Source: Lama glama (lineage: Eukaryota). Taken from it: a stretch of DNA of 64,000 nucleotides. A program made the translations under genes and the position numbers. Positions 53,012 through 64,000 of this stretch are shown piece by piece (the stretch's first letter is position 1; every line of letters starts with the position of its first letter). Where the stretch lies: contig CM052818.1 of NCBI GenBank assembly GCA_028534125.1, positions 47,432,001 through 47,496,000 on the forward strand. The letters are read 5' to 3'. Under the pieces are notes generated by a model. It ran no database searches. It was given only the letters and a program-made list of their open reading frames with translations, and was not told where the DNA came from.

Positions 53012-53458
53012 TGTTATGGATTGAATTATGTTTCTTCCAAATTCATATGTTGACATCCTACTCCCAGTACCTCAGAATTTGACCTTATTTAGGAATAAGG
53101 CTGTGCAGATGTAATTAGTTAAGACGAGGTCATACCAGAGTCTGGTGGACTGTTAATCCAGGATAACTGGTGTCCTTACGAACAGGGGGATTTGGACCCG
53201 GACAAGCACAGATGGAGAAGGCCAGGTGAAGCTGACGGCGGAGACTGGGAGATGCTTCTGTATGCCAAGGAAGCCAGAGGCTGTCAGCAAAGCATCAAAG
53301 CTAGGAGACAGGACTGGAACACGCTCTTCCTCACAGCCTCGGAAGAATCCCCTTCATCTCTGATTTCTGGTCTCCAGAGCCGTGAGAAGGCGGACTTCCA
53401 TTATTGCCGCCAACCAGCCGGAGGTGCCTTGTCACAGCAGCCCTAGTAAACTGGTACA
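53012..53458 (+). mobile_element. MLT1B/C-like MaLR solo LTR
   Basis: tgttatggattgaattatgt...aattcatatgttgacatcct...gcagatgtaattagttaag...gtcacagcagccctagtaaactggtaca. Confidence 0.9.
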
Positions 53459-53928
53459 AGGATGAAGGGGCGCAACCTCACCTATGTTTGGGGACTGTTG
53501 TTAGGAGGAGCCCTCCACAGAATCGTCCAGGCTGGATGACAATCTCCTTTGCTTGAAGCCGTACTTTTGCAGAAGTTGGGAGAAATAACTTTCCAAAATA
53601 GGCTGTAATATGTATTATACGTTATTAGAGCGCCAGGAAAGGCCAACCCAGAAGTCTCTACACCTCATTAATGGGCCCTCAAAGAGCATTAATTAAATCC
53701 TGGAAACTACAGGGCTCTGAACAGTTGGAATTTATATTTTAAAAATAGGCAACTCTGTTTCCTCCCAGCTCTAAAATCTATAATTCTGGTTGTGACACAC
53801 TTATCACCCACCAGTTCTTATGTTCATTTGGATCTTTCCAGATTTCTTAGAAAGTGCCAAGAAAACATTTGCATTCTGAAATACATACCACACCGGACAT
53901 GGGCATGGGAATTTTAATAAAATGGTGT

Positions 53929-54074
53929 GCAAGATCTTGCGGTAGCTCACAGCGAAAAAAAATGTGACAATGAACATATGTATGTTCATGTATAACTGAA
54001 AAAGTGTGCTCTACACTGGAAATTGACACAACATTGTAAAATGACTATAACTTAGTAAAAAATGTTAAAAAAAA
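53929..54074 (+). mobile_element. Short young camelid-type L1 3' end
   Basis: caagatcttgcggtagctcacagcg...ctacactggaaattgacacaacattgtaaaatgactataact plus A-tail. aaaatgg occurs on both flanks. Confidence 0.85.
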
Positions 54075-54809
54075 TGGGTGAAGCACGTGTTTCCCAAACA
54101 TCTCTCAGAGCCTGCCACATCCTACTTCTTGAGAAGAGAGGAGTACTACTTTTCAAAATTGTTAGTTTAAAAAAAAAGTGTTTTCTAAATGTTGGTTCAT
54201 AGAATTTGTGAGATCTTGTTTAACAGGTGGTATGGAAGCTTTGTGGTCTTTGTAAGCTACAAGGTTTGAAAGAGGTAGGTTCTCAAGAAATCTTGTGGCT
54301 CTTTAGTCAGTGTTTACTAGCCACTGACACAATATTTTGTGCCCACTCCCTCTGATGACTACAATTTCAGTGCAGCTGTGCTCGTGTCTCCTCTCTTCCT
54401 CCTTCCTCCCTCGTCACCCTCTGCAGGAGAGAAACTAGGAAATTTGTCAGCCTGAAATAGCATCGGTGTTAGGAAACATGAAAAAAGCCAGATATGTCAC
54501 CAGAGATATTGACCTTAAACTTGATTTGAAGGATTGTTTCTGATTTTTTTAATTGTTATTTAATCACTTGCCTTATTTTTCAAATCTCAGGCAACTTGCT
54601 ATTTTATGACTTTCTCTGAATATGATCCTCCCCCTGTAGGATATACTTGATACTTACTACTAATGTTAATAAATAATAAACGCCAAGCCAATAATTTAGA
54701 CAAGTTATATGTCCTCTCTGGGCTTCAGTTTCTGCATATGCAGGAGGGAATATTAACACCCCCTTTACAGCACTTTTGCAACTACTTGCTGTAAGTGAAA
54801 TTGCAGCTC

Positions 54810-55430
54810 TGATAGGGATTCTGCACTGTGAGCAAGCTGACTTTAACAGAAAAAGGGATTTATTTAAACAAGACAATGCATGAGTACTTAGTAAAGTTTC
54901 CAGAAGGCTAAAGAAACGTGATGAGAAAAAAATGCGGTATTGTAGAGAGCACAGGCAGTCAGCATCACAGCGAAAATCACTGCAAAGTTGAGAATGACGG
55001 GGCCTCCCTGGGCAGAGCTGCCAACAGTGGATAGTGACCGCTATTGCTGAGATGGCTGCCTCCATCCCTTGTGCACCTAATGTGGCTGTTGCCACTGCTG
55101 GTGTCATTGCTGCCAGGTTGAAACCTTCCCTGTGCTTCTTTGCACTGCTCTGCCCTGATTCAAATTCCTGGGTGGCTGTGTCTGATTGGCTGAGCTTGAT
55201 CACATGCTCCCTGATTGGCTAAGCTTGATCACATGCTCCCTGATTGGCTAAACTTGATCACATGCTCCTACCCCCGTAACAAGGGAGTCTGGGAAATCGA
55301 GTACCTAACATTCTCATATTCTATAGAAAGAGGCAAACCCCACTTCCCCAAGAAACCAATACAGTAGAGAATTTTGTAACTAAGAAAGAAAGTAAGAAGC
55401 AAATCAACAAACAAAAACTTGATTATGTTC
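54810..55430 (-). mobile_element. LTR33-like ERVL LTR
   Basis: gattcaaattcctgggtggctgtgtctgattggctgagc...caagggagtctgggaaatcgagta resembles LTR33. Confidence 0.65.
55182..55268. repeat. Tandem repeat, 3 x 29 bp
   Basis: CTGATTGGCT(G/A)A(G/A)CTTGATCACATGCTCC at 55182-55210, 55211-55239 and 55240-55268. Confidence 0.95.
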
Positions 55431-56239
55431 ACAAGTTATCTATCACTTTCACATTGTAGGGTTTAAATGTATTATTTAAATATGTTATTATAAAGAATAC
55501 AAGAAAAGAATAAAGAGAAGTCATTCCCAGGTGGGAAAAGCCAGGTACAGTTTACTTGGAAATTTGTGTCTGTGATGAGATTGAGGGTAACATCTGGGCA
55601 AACAGAACAGGAGGAGTCTGGGTCTTTCAGGATGAAGACAAACTGTACAGACAGTGGTTTGACCTTTAAAAATATTAAAGTATATACTTAAAATAAGCAA
55701 AATCATTTACCTGAAACAGACCACTTGGGAGATAACTGAAAAAAAGGAAAATTGAGTCTGGGAAGAGAATTTGTAGCCTAGTTGCAGGATATTGTTAATT
55801 TTAAGTTAAGAACTAAGGGAATTTTCAAAGATTTTAATTTGGTGAAGGAATAGTAGGAATAATTATTTAAAAATATAGAGCACATCCTGAGAAAGATCAG
55901 CAGACTCTTTAAGGACTTGTGGGTGATCTGGGGGTAAAAGACAGCAGAGGAATCACTTAAATGACTGAGTTTTGAAAATGACTACATAGCAGGACCCAAA
56001 AGATTCAAGGTTACAAGTAATTTGTTACTTAAGGTAATGTCAATCTGACTGGAAGTGTTTGAAAGGTTTCTTTAACTGGTTTCTTCTCTTCATGACAAAA
56101 ACTGTCATATCTTGCTCGTTATTTTTACCCCTTGTTGGCTATGGGATACAGATTACAGATTATAGGAAGGCTGCAGCATCTATCAGCATTTCTTTTATAT
56201 CTCAATGAGGATGTAAATATATTTAGAATGGTAATTTGT

Positions 56240-57400
56240 GTCAATCCTGGGACCTAAATCCTGTCGACTGATGAATGGATAAACAAATTGTACATTATCT
56301 GTAAAATGGAATACTATTTAGCAATAAAATCGAACAAAACCATATACATGCAGTCACATGTATGTATCACACAAACAAACACACGAAAGCCAAGAGAAAG
56401 GTTCTAGCAGCTCAAAGCTACCTACTGTATGACTTCATTCATATGACTTCCTGTCAAAGGCAAAACCAACATAATTTAATCTTTTTCTGCTTTTGGTATC
56501 AGAGCGATCATGGCCACTAACATGTTTTAGAATCTGTTCCCATCTGTTAGAGATTCTGAATTCTGGAAGAACTGATATGATTTCTTCCTTAAGTATTAGG
56601 GAGAATTTCCCAGGGAAGCCATCCAGTTCTGGAGATTTCCCTGTAGGAAGGCTTTATAATATTAGTTCAAATTCTTACTAGATATAAGTAAGGTTTCTTA
56701 GGTTTCTTAATTATTGGAGAATGAGCTTTGATAGTTTGTGTCTTTCATGGAACTTGCCTGTTAAATTGAAACTATTGTAAAGTTTTTCCTTTATCCTTTA
56801 GCCTCTGTGGGATCTGCGGTCCTTTCCATCCTTTCATTCCTGGTGCTAGTAAATTGCCTCTTCTTTATTTTTCTTTATCAGTTGATGAGAGATTTAGCAA
56901 TTTTATTAACATTTTTAAATAAGGAGCTTATAATAGTAGCTTCTTAGACTATGTTAATATCTGACAGGACAAACCCACCTCAATTATGCATATATTTCAC
57001 ATTGTTCTTGGCAACTCTCACACACTTATTCTTACATCTAAATTTTATATTCAGTTTGTCTAGTTTCCAAGTAGACCCTTGTTAAGATTATGATTGAAAT
57101 TTTATTAGACTGAATCATTTGTTTTGGAGAGTGGCATTTTAATTAGGAGTAAGACTCCTCATTCTTAAACCTTCTTTATATTTCCCAATAAAATGAGGTT
57201 TATTTCAAATGGGACACACATGTTTGCTTTTGCATTTAATATGACGTACTTGGTAGAGCATACATTTGAATAACTGGTGTGCTCGTATTTTTTCTTAATC
57301 TCAGTGGGACTTTTCTTAACAATTCTCCATTTAGTATCATATTTGCTGTTGGTTTTTGATAAATACTCTTACTACAGGTTTATGTTTCCTCTTTTTAAAT
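56240..57400. mobile_element. Cluster of old L1 fragments (sense 3' piece about 56240-56470, antisense ORF2 pieces after)
   Basis: gatgaatggataaacaaattg...atggaatactatttagcaataaaa on the plus strand, then ttttggtatcagag...gaagccatccag (antisense RT). Confidence 0.75.
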
Positions 57401-59039
57401 TAGACTTGTTATTAAAAAAAATCAAACCAAAGAGAAACAACATCTGGTTTTATTTTTATCGCCCTGGCCTTTTGGTTTATTATCCCCTTCCCCTTGAGCG
57501 TCACAGGTTGACAGTCTTCGCACGCGCACACCCCCCTGTAACGCAGGTGCTCTGCTGCGGTGGGAAGGGGGCCGTAGCTGCTCCTGGAAACGGTCCGGCC
57601 CTGCTGCCAGTACGCTCATCCCTCCCCCAGAGACCTGGGGAACATGCCGTCAGGCAAGGCTCCATGTCAGAATCTTCCACATTTCCCGCAAAAAGAGCGA
57701 GTTGTTTTCTCTCGGCTTGGTAGAGCATATTGATCTGCTTTCAGTCAATGACACAAACGCCTGCCCTTCTGGTTCTCCCAAGTGGCAGCCACTCGAGGAG
57801 TCTGGCGTGCTATTCCTGTCACGAGCCCATCTGAGACAACTGGTATCCCAAAGGCATGCTCTAAGAATCGTGTTGACTCTTCACTTTCCCAGATTCTCCA
57901 GGCTTTGTTCGTAACTGAAGTCAGATTAGGAAAGCATCTACACTCCAGAAGCAGACCCCGTTATCCCCTCATCCCAACACGCACCGCCTCCAGCATCAGC
58001 ACCAATCCTTCTTCACGGGACTGTCCGGTCCTGTCCACTGTCCGCTGGCTGTCACTGGAGGCCAGTTAAGAAACAGACCAGTGGGGTTTGTCTCCATGTT
58101 GAAGACAGTTTGAAGAGTCATGTTGAAGAATGGTTAGTGAAGATTCATTCTATCATAGTCTGAATGTCACCTACATAAAGATTTTCATGACATATTTATT
58201 TCCCAAGACTTTGGGACTGGACATGGCTTCTCTCCTGTGAAGCAGACTGCATTTTTTAAAATTAAATAGTGGATGTTATGTAATTCATAAGATTATCCTC
58301 CACAGGAAGCTCAGCGCCCTGTGTCTGTGTTGAACATCCTTTCTTCACCCCTTACTTTTTTGTTCTTGCTCTTTCTCCTTCTCACTTAGTGTGTTGTCTT
58401 TAGGGGTTTTAATCATACCTGTTTTTTTTTTTATTATAAGCTGCCTTTGCAAAAAATCAAGTATAATCAGGTCAGGCCATGTATAAATAAGAAATAAAGA
58501 TTAAGTCAAAGCAACTTCAAGATTTATAAAGCTAATGAGAGAAAATATATTGGCTTTTTGTTACCTATAGTAATTGTGTGGGTTCCAATGCTTGGCATAA
58601 ATCTGGGGAAAAACTTACAAGGCCCTCCTGTAAAAATCACTTTTTGAAACTGCGCTCGTCTCTGGCTGTGCGTGGGAGGGGCAGGGCTTGATGTAAGTCT
58701 TCAGTCTGGGGCTGATGCACCAGCAGGTGGATTAGAAGGACTTTTTACTTACATATTTTGCGGCTCTGATATGGAGAGATTCAAAACCAAAAAGCAAATG
58801 GTATTTTATTCTATTGGAACCTATTTCCAAGGACCTTCCAGGCTGCTGTAAGTGGTTTTAAAAGTTTATTCTGTGGGATTAAACAAACAAACAAACTGTA
58901 AGTAAAAGCCATTAAAACTTCCTTTGACTGCATCTTAACTGATCACACTGACAACGGCCTTATTAATAAAGTCACAGCCGTACTTTAACACATGCATTTG
59001 GGGGGAGCATGGTTCAACTCACAACAGCTGTTTTGGCTT

Positions 59040-59141
59040 GGTCTTTAAATTATTATCATTTTTTAATGGAGGCACCGGGGATCGAACCCAGGACCTCATG
59101 CATGCTAAGCATACGCTCTATCCCTGAGCTATACTCACATC
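59040..59141 (-). mobile_element. tRNA-Ala(AGC)-derived SINE of the camelid Vic-1 type
   Basis: Minus strand reads gtatagctcagggatagagcgtatgcttagcatgcatgaggtcctgggttcgatccccggtgcctcca plus an A-rich tail. Perfect 12-bp TSD CTGTTTTGGCTT at 59028-59039 and 59142-59153. Confidence 0.9.
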
Positions 59142-60555
59142 CTGTTTTGGCTTATTTTTAACTTTAATGTGGAAGATTATAAGAAAATACAAGTAAACAC
59201 AATTTTTGGTCCTGTTAGTAAAGAAACATTAGAAAGTCTGGTCAATTAAAAAAAATAGCTCATAGCCTGTCTGAAGAAACAGAAGATAAATTCATCTTTC
59301 TCTTGACATTCCGTGGCTCACTCAACCCAGGCTTGCTTGGGAATTGGAGCGGCAGACCCCTACTCAGTCCTGAGGGTACCCCCCGCCTGAATGAGCTGCT
59401 GGACGAGGCCACTGCTTTCCATGTTTTATAATAACCTATTCTTATTGTTCTCTTTCCTGGAGCCCCATTTTCCACGTGCAACTGTGGGAACATGTGAAGA
59501 AGGGGCTCCCTTTCCTCTCAGTAGCAGAAACTTTAAAGGAGAGATTCACTTCGCATCTTTGAGAGACCGATCCATTGAAATGCATCTTTCAAAAAAGGGA
59601 AAGGATAGCCTCTTTTCTCTGTATTCAGGACCAGCAAAAAAGCAGCAGGGCCCTAATTTACATGAAAAATAGTGAGAAATTTTGTTTGTGGCACAGATAG
59701 CTTTATTGCCTTCCTCGGTATTTCACAAAAGTCATAGTACTAAAAATTCAAAGCCATTTTCAATACATTAAATATTGTAGCCTCTAAACAAAGGGCTCCA
59801 GGAAAAATATTAAAAGTCTGTTCATTTCCACAGGAGCTATGTTCTTAAATATACACTTTTAAAGTAAATCTCAGAGGGCAATTCTACTTTATCATCAAAG
59901 CATTTCTTGTGTACCCATCTGAGAAGACACAAGTCATATGTATTGCATGTTCCTCTGCCGATGGTGAAATTCTATACAAAAGAGAGAAATATTCCCTGCC
60001 CTGTAGAAGTGTACATTTTCTGTGCATTCAGACTTTAATGGGTAACTTCCAAGCTGGGTCCTACACACTGACATGGACTGGATAAACCAGACAGTTGCTC
60101 TTATTGTGACCAAAGTCATGCTTCAGAGAATCTGCTGATCTCAAGCAATTATTAGGTCTGAAGAAGGTAGAGGAAGGGGGTCAGGGGACCAGGAGACAAA
60201 GTGTCCATCCTACCTCTGTGGCTTCCAGCTGTGACCACCAGATCCACCCCCTTCTCTTCTCTGAGTTGTCACTTCAGAAGGAGAAAAAGACACAGACCAT
60301 CATGTTTAAGGCCATTCCAAGTTTACAGTTGGTTGTGGGTTGGGGCTGGCTCTAATTTTTAACTTGTTTTTAGGTTCTTTGCTCTAACAGAAAACCATTT
60401 CCTAATAATTTTCATAGATAGAACCAAAATGTTGTAGAGAATTAGATTCAACAGTTTTCTGTTTAGCTTGCTGATTCATTTTAAGGGAAACAGATCAAGG
60501 GTATTTCTTGCACTTACAACCTTAGAGCTTATGAGGAAATCGATTTTCAAGGTGA

Positions 60556-60590
60556 CTTTTCTGTTTTATTTTTCTCCTAACTAGGTGAGT
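60556..60590 (+). other. Recursive-splice-site-like motif (polypyrimidine tract, AG|GTGAGT)
   Basis: cttttctgttttatttttctcctaactag immediately followed by GTGAGT. Confidence 0.35.
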
Positions 60591-62484
60591 GGCAGCTTTA
60601 GATCACTAATGAACCCCATGCCCGGTCAGATTTGTCTAGGGGCAAAATCCCTTCAGATATTTCATCCTGTAAACATCTCAGAAAGAAAACCCCATCACAA
60701 GTTAAAGTAATGTGTCCAAGGGGAGCCGTGAGTCCCTTAAGCTCTCAGGTCAGCAATGCTCTCCTCTCTGGCTCTTCCCCTTGGTCAGCGGGAATTACAC
60801 TCAACGGGAAAAGGCTGGCAACCCTTCCATCTCAGCGTTACAAAATAGGTAGCTTTGGAAACCGTTTCCTCCCTGGAGTATCACAAAAACCTCCCCAGCT
60901 GATAAATCTCTCCCCAGTTCATCCCCAGACAGCAGGACAATTCTTAAGTCAGCATTTTGCTTGGCATTTGAACTGACTTAAAAATTGGAGGATCAGGGTA
61001 AAGGGAAGCAGGTTTAGAAATGCAGGATCTGATAAAACACCACAGGGGGAAATAAAACTGGAAGGAGAGAGAACAGCCACGCCCCATCATCACTTCAAGG
61101 GCGAAAGGGAGGCGTTTCTAGGAAGAGCCATCCCCTGGGGTGAACCCCTTGGACAAGGCCATAAGATTCCAAAGGGAAAGTCACTGCCACGTTTCCCCTG
61201 AAGGTAACAGTCCCCATTTTACAGTCTACAAATAGTAGGTTCTAAATCAACGTTGGATGAGAGGATGAAGGAATGGACAATTTATACGTGAATTAACAGT
61301 TTGAGATGGTCTCCAAGGTTGCTTTCCAGCAATTTTGCAATAGCATAGGAAAAAATAGACATAAAATCCTCTTTAAATAAAGATGCATTTGAAAGAAACT
61401 AAAGCGCTAGTGAACTGTTCTGTGGATTACACTTGTCTCTTAATCCACTTTGTCCTCTATATGAAATGTGGCATACAGACATCTGCCAATATTCTAAAGG
61501 CTTCTCCTGGTGCTTGAATTCTATTTTTAAATTAGACCCTAAAGCTGCATTCTAATGCATTACTTTCATTTACTAAAGTATGCATACAGCCTCATTCCAC
61601 TCCCACAGCATCCTTTATTTAATCAGTCTGAGAGCAGTGCAGACCACCTCCATCTCCACATAAATCTCTTCCAGACACTGCTGCCTGTTACATTTCACCT
61701 CCCCGGCAATGCATGACCTCCTTGAAGCAAGAGAACATAGACTCATAATTGAATAGGTGGTGGGGGAGGGGAAGAAAGACCTTCTTTCAATAATCAGCGG
61801 AACGTATGCAAATCTGGCTCTGTATGTGACGGGATGCATGTCATAGAAAACGCCACAGTAAACTCTGTTAGCTTTCCTTTGTAAAGGTCGACACAATGAT
61901 TGATATATTTGACACGAAATTGAAGGTTGCGGATAGGAAGAGGAATCTCCTAGTTGTTAATTTGACAAAAGGAAAGGTATTATATGCACTTTAATGGTAA
62001 TAATGATGTTGACAGTGGAGGGTTCCCTTTGTCCTTGTTTTAAAAAAAAAAAAGTTGATTCAGGTCTTGGCTTCGGTGTATAGAGCGACCGATAAATTGG
62101 AGCCCCAGGAAAGAGACTGGAATCTCCTGGAGGGCAGAAATGCAGAGCTTCGGGAGGAAAAGAAGTCACCGGTAGAGGATTTGAACTCAGGAGGACTCTG
62201 CTGCTGTCTCAGCAGTTGTTAATTGCTCATCCATGTCCTGGAGCAAGCTTGTGGGTGGCGGGGTCTGGCAGAATGGGTTCCAGTCCTGTTGCAGCTATCT
62301 GTTACCCGCAGGATCCTGGAAGTGAATGGACACTCACTGATTCTTGGTTTCCTCATCTATAGATTCTACACAAGAGTGGAGACCACATCTCCATCATAGA
62401 CTTTGTAAAAACTAAATGGAACAGCTATCAAAGCAGTTGACAGGGCAGTTATGTGTTCGGTATTGGATAATTGTTTGATCCTGA

Positions 62485-62830
62485 CTTAGGATGTTCTAGA
62501 GTATGCTGAAGTTACAAACCACTCCACTTCTCTGTGGTTTAACACAACAAGAGTTTGTTTCTTACTCCTGCTACACATGCTAAAACGGTTGGCAGGGCTT
62601 AGGGAGGTGAAGATGACCCTCCCCCATTTGGAACATTCTTTACTCATTGCAGCAGAGCAAAGAAACATGAGAAGATTGTATACAAGCTCTTTACTATCTC
62701 AGGGCAGAAATGAGACACAATCACTTTTGCTCATGTTTTATGGGTAAGACATGATTGTTTGACCCTGTCTAACAGCGGGAGGTCAGGACATGTCAGGGAG
62801 GAGAGATGAATATTTGGTGAGCATTTCCTT
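62485..62830 (-). mobile_element. Old MLT1 (H/I/J-like) MaLR LTR
   Basis: tatgctgaagttacaaacc...gtggtttaacacaacaagagtttgtttcttactc...tcacttttgctcatgttt. Confidence 0.7.
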
Positions 62831-64000
62831 GGTCACAGATGATTTTCTCTCATGAAGAAATTTCATACTCTTTTCAAAAACATTTTTTTTCCTTTAAGTT
62901 ACCTTAAACAACAAAAAAGTACATTTAATAAATAATATAGGTCATTCTTCATAATTGGCACGTCACCACCTACCAGTTCATCAATAATGATTTTGGCTAA
63001 ATCATATCACCCTAATTTCAGCCAAAAGTAAAGAAACATCAGCTCCCTCCTCGCCTACAATACAACTTAATTTTTTGCTATTTTGGCAGCTCAGTGGATA
63101 CAAAAATCCAGTTTCCATTAGGTTTTCTGAAAACATGAAAATAGCCCTCATGCCTCCTCTGGCAGTTTTTGGTATTCCAAGGGTGGCAGGGACTCCCGGT
63201 TGGGAGGCACGACATGAATCACACGGCGACCCGAGCTGGCTGACGAGGTGGACTCACTTCTCTGACGCGGTCTCCATCTCTCCATCTGTGACATAGGGTG
63301 TTTGCACTGTGTGCTCTAGCCTATGCTATCAAAGCCTCCTGCGGTGCTTTTTTAAAATAAGAATTTCTGTCTGAAATATACAATGCTGATGGAATTTCCT
63401 CTGGTTTCCACCAAATGTGCTTGACTCCACAGGGACCCAGGAGACCTACTGCCTGCTTCCTGCCAGATGACCCACTTCTGATGTCTGCAACGCGTCAAGC
63501 AGAGACTGCTTAGAGGAAATGGTGCTCATGAATTCCTTCAAAGGAAGAACTCAGTACTGCTGACCATCCCCACTGCTGTTCTTTGTCGTTCACAAACTTT
63601 GAAGTCGTATTTTGGCTTCTCCTTTGGACACTCTTCTGTCCTTCCAATAAAAATCCACGTTTTATATGTGTTATGATTATTGTAAGAGGAAATCAGTCAA
63701 TTTGCCTGTGGAATTTGGACCCTGCATTTAGACAACCAACACTTCCTAAGATTTCACTGTCCCAGGCCTCCTGTTAACACAGGGAATAAGGATGTAGATA
63801 AGACCAGTCTTCTTCAGGAGTGCACTGTCTACTCTAAGGAAAAGAAACTGCTGAAAAATAATTATTATACAGCCTGAGAAATATAAAGATGGGGGGAGAA
63901 AGGAGGGATATGTGTTTTATCCAAATAGGAGGCTTTATGATACCCCGGGGCATAGCGGCTGTGGTCCGTGAGCAATTGGAGCGTGGGAACATGTGATGAC

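Noticed and set aside
54604..55203. 199-aa minus-strand ORF
   Set aside because: It spans an LTR33-like LTR and a MIR and has no domain similarity, so it is likely a chance frame.
55182..55268. 29-bp repeats as a CRISPR array
   Set aside because: The units are head-to-tail with no spacers, there are no cas genes, and the context is a mammalian LTR.
59067..59141. tRNA-Ala(AGC)-like sequence as a functional tRNA gene
   Set aside because: The acceptor stem and D-loop are altered, and it has an A-tail and a perfect TSD, so it is a SINE copy.

Overview
Mammalian non-coding genomic DNA, intergenic or deep intronic. It is most likely from a camelid: it carries a tRNA-Ala-derived Vic-1-type SINE and camelid-style young L1 3' ends, and I saw no Alu, Bov-A/BovB, PRE or CanSINE. 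I found no recognisable protein-coding exon, intact RNA gene, CRISPR array or prokaryotic system, and essentially all ORFs in the track look like chance ORFs or transposon remnants. The window is dominated by repeat fossils: L1, L2, MIR, MaLR/ERVL LTRs, and hAT and Tigger MITEs. The most notable structures are (i) a two-part CpG-rich promoter-like region at about 12.8-14.75 kb with strong splice donors and candidate non-coding exons on both strands, (ii) a 2.35-kb LTR40-like provirus with no gag/pol but a gamma-type env TM remnant (CX6CC) that splits an L2, (iii) a twin-primed 5'-inverted L1 with a possible short 3' transduction, (iv) a 3x29-bp tandem amplification of a CCAAT + E-box module in an LTR33-like LTR, and (v) a recursive-splice-site-like AG|GTGAGT motif at 60584. 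Repeat family names come from recalled consensus sequences and need RepeatMasker/Dfam confirmation. I do not see a convincing previously undescribed biological system.
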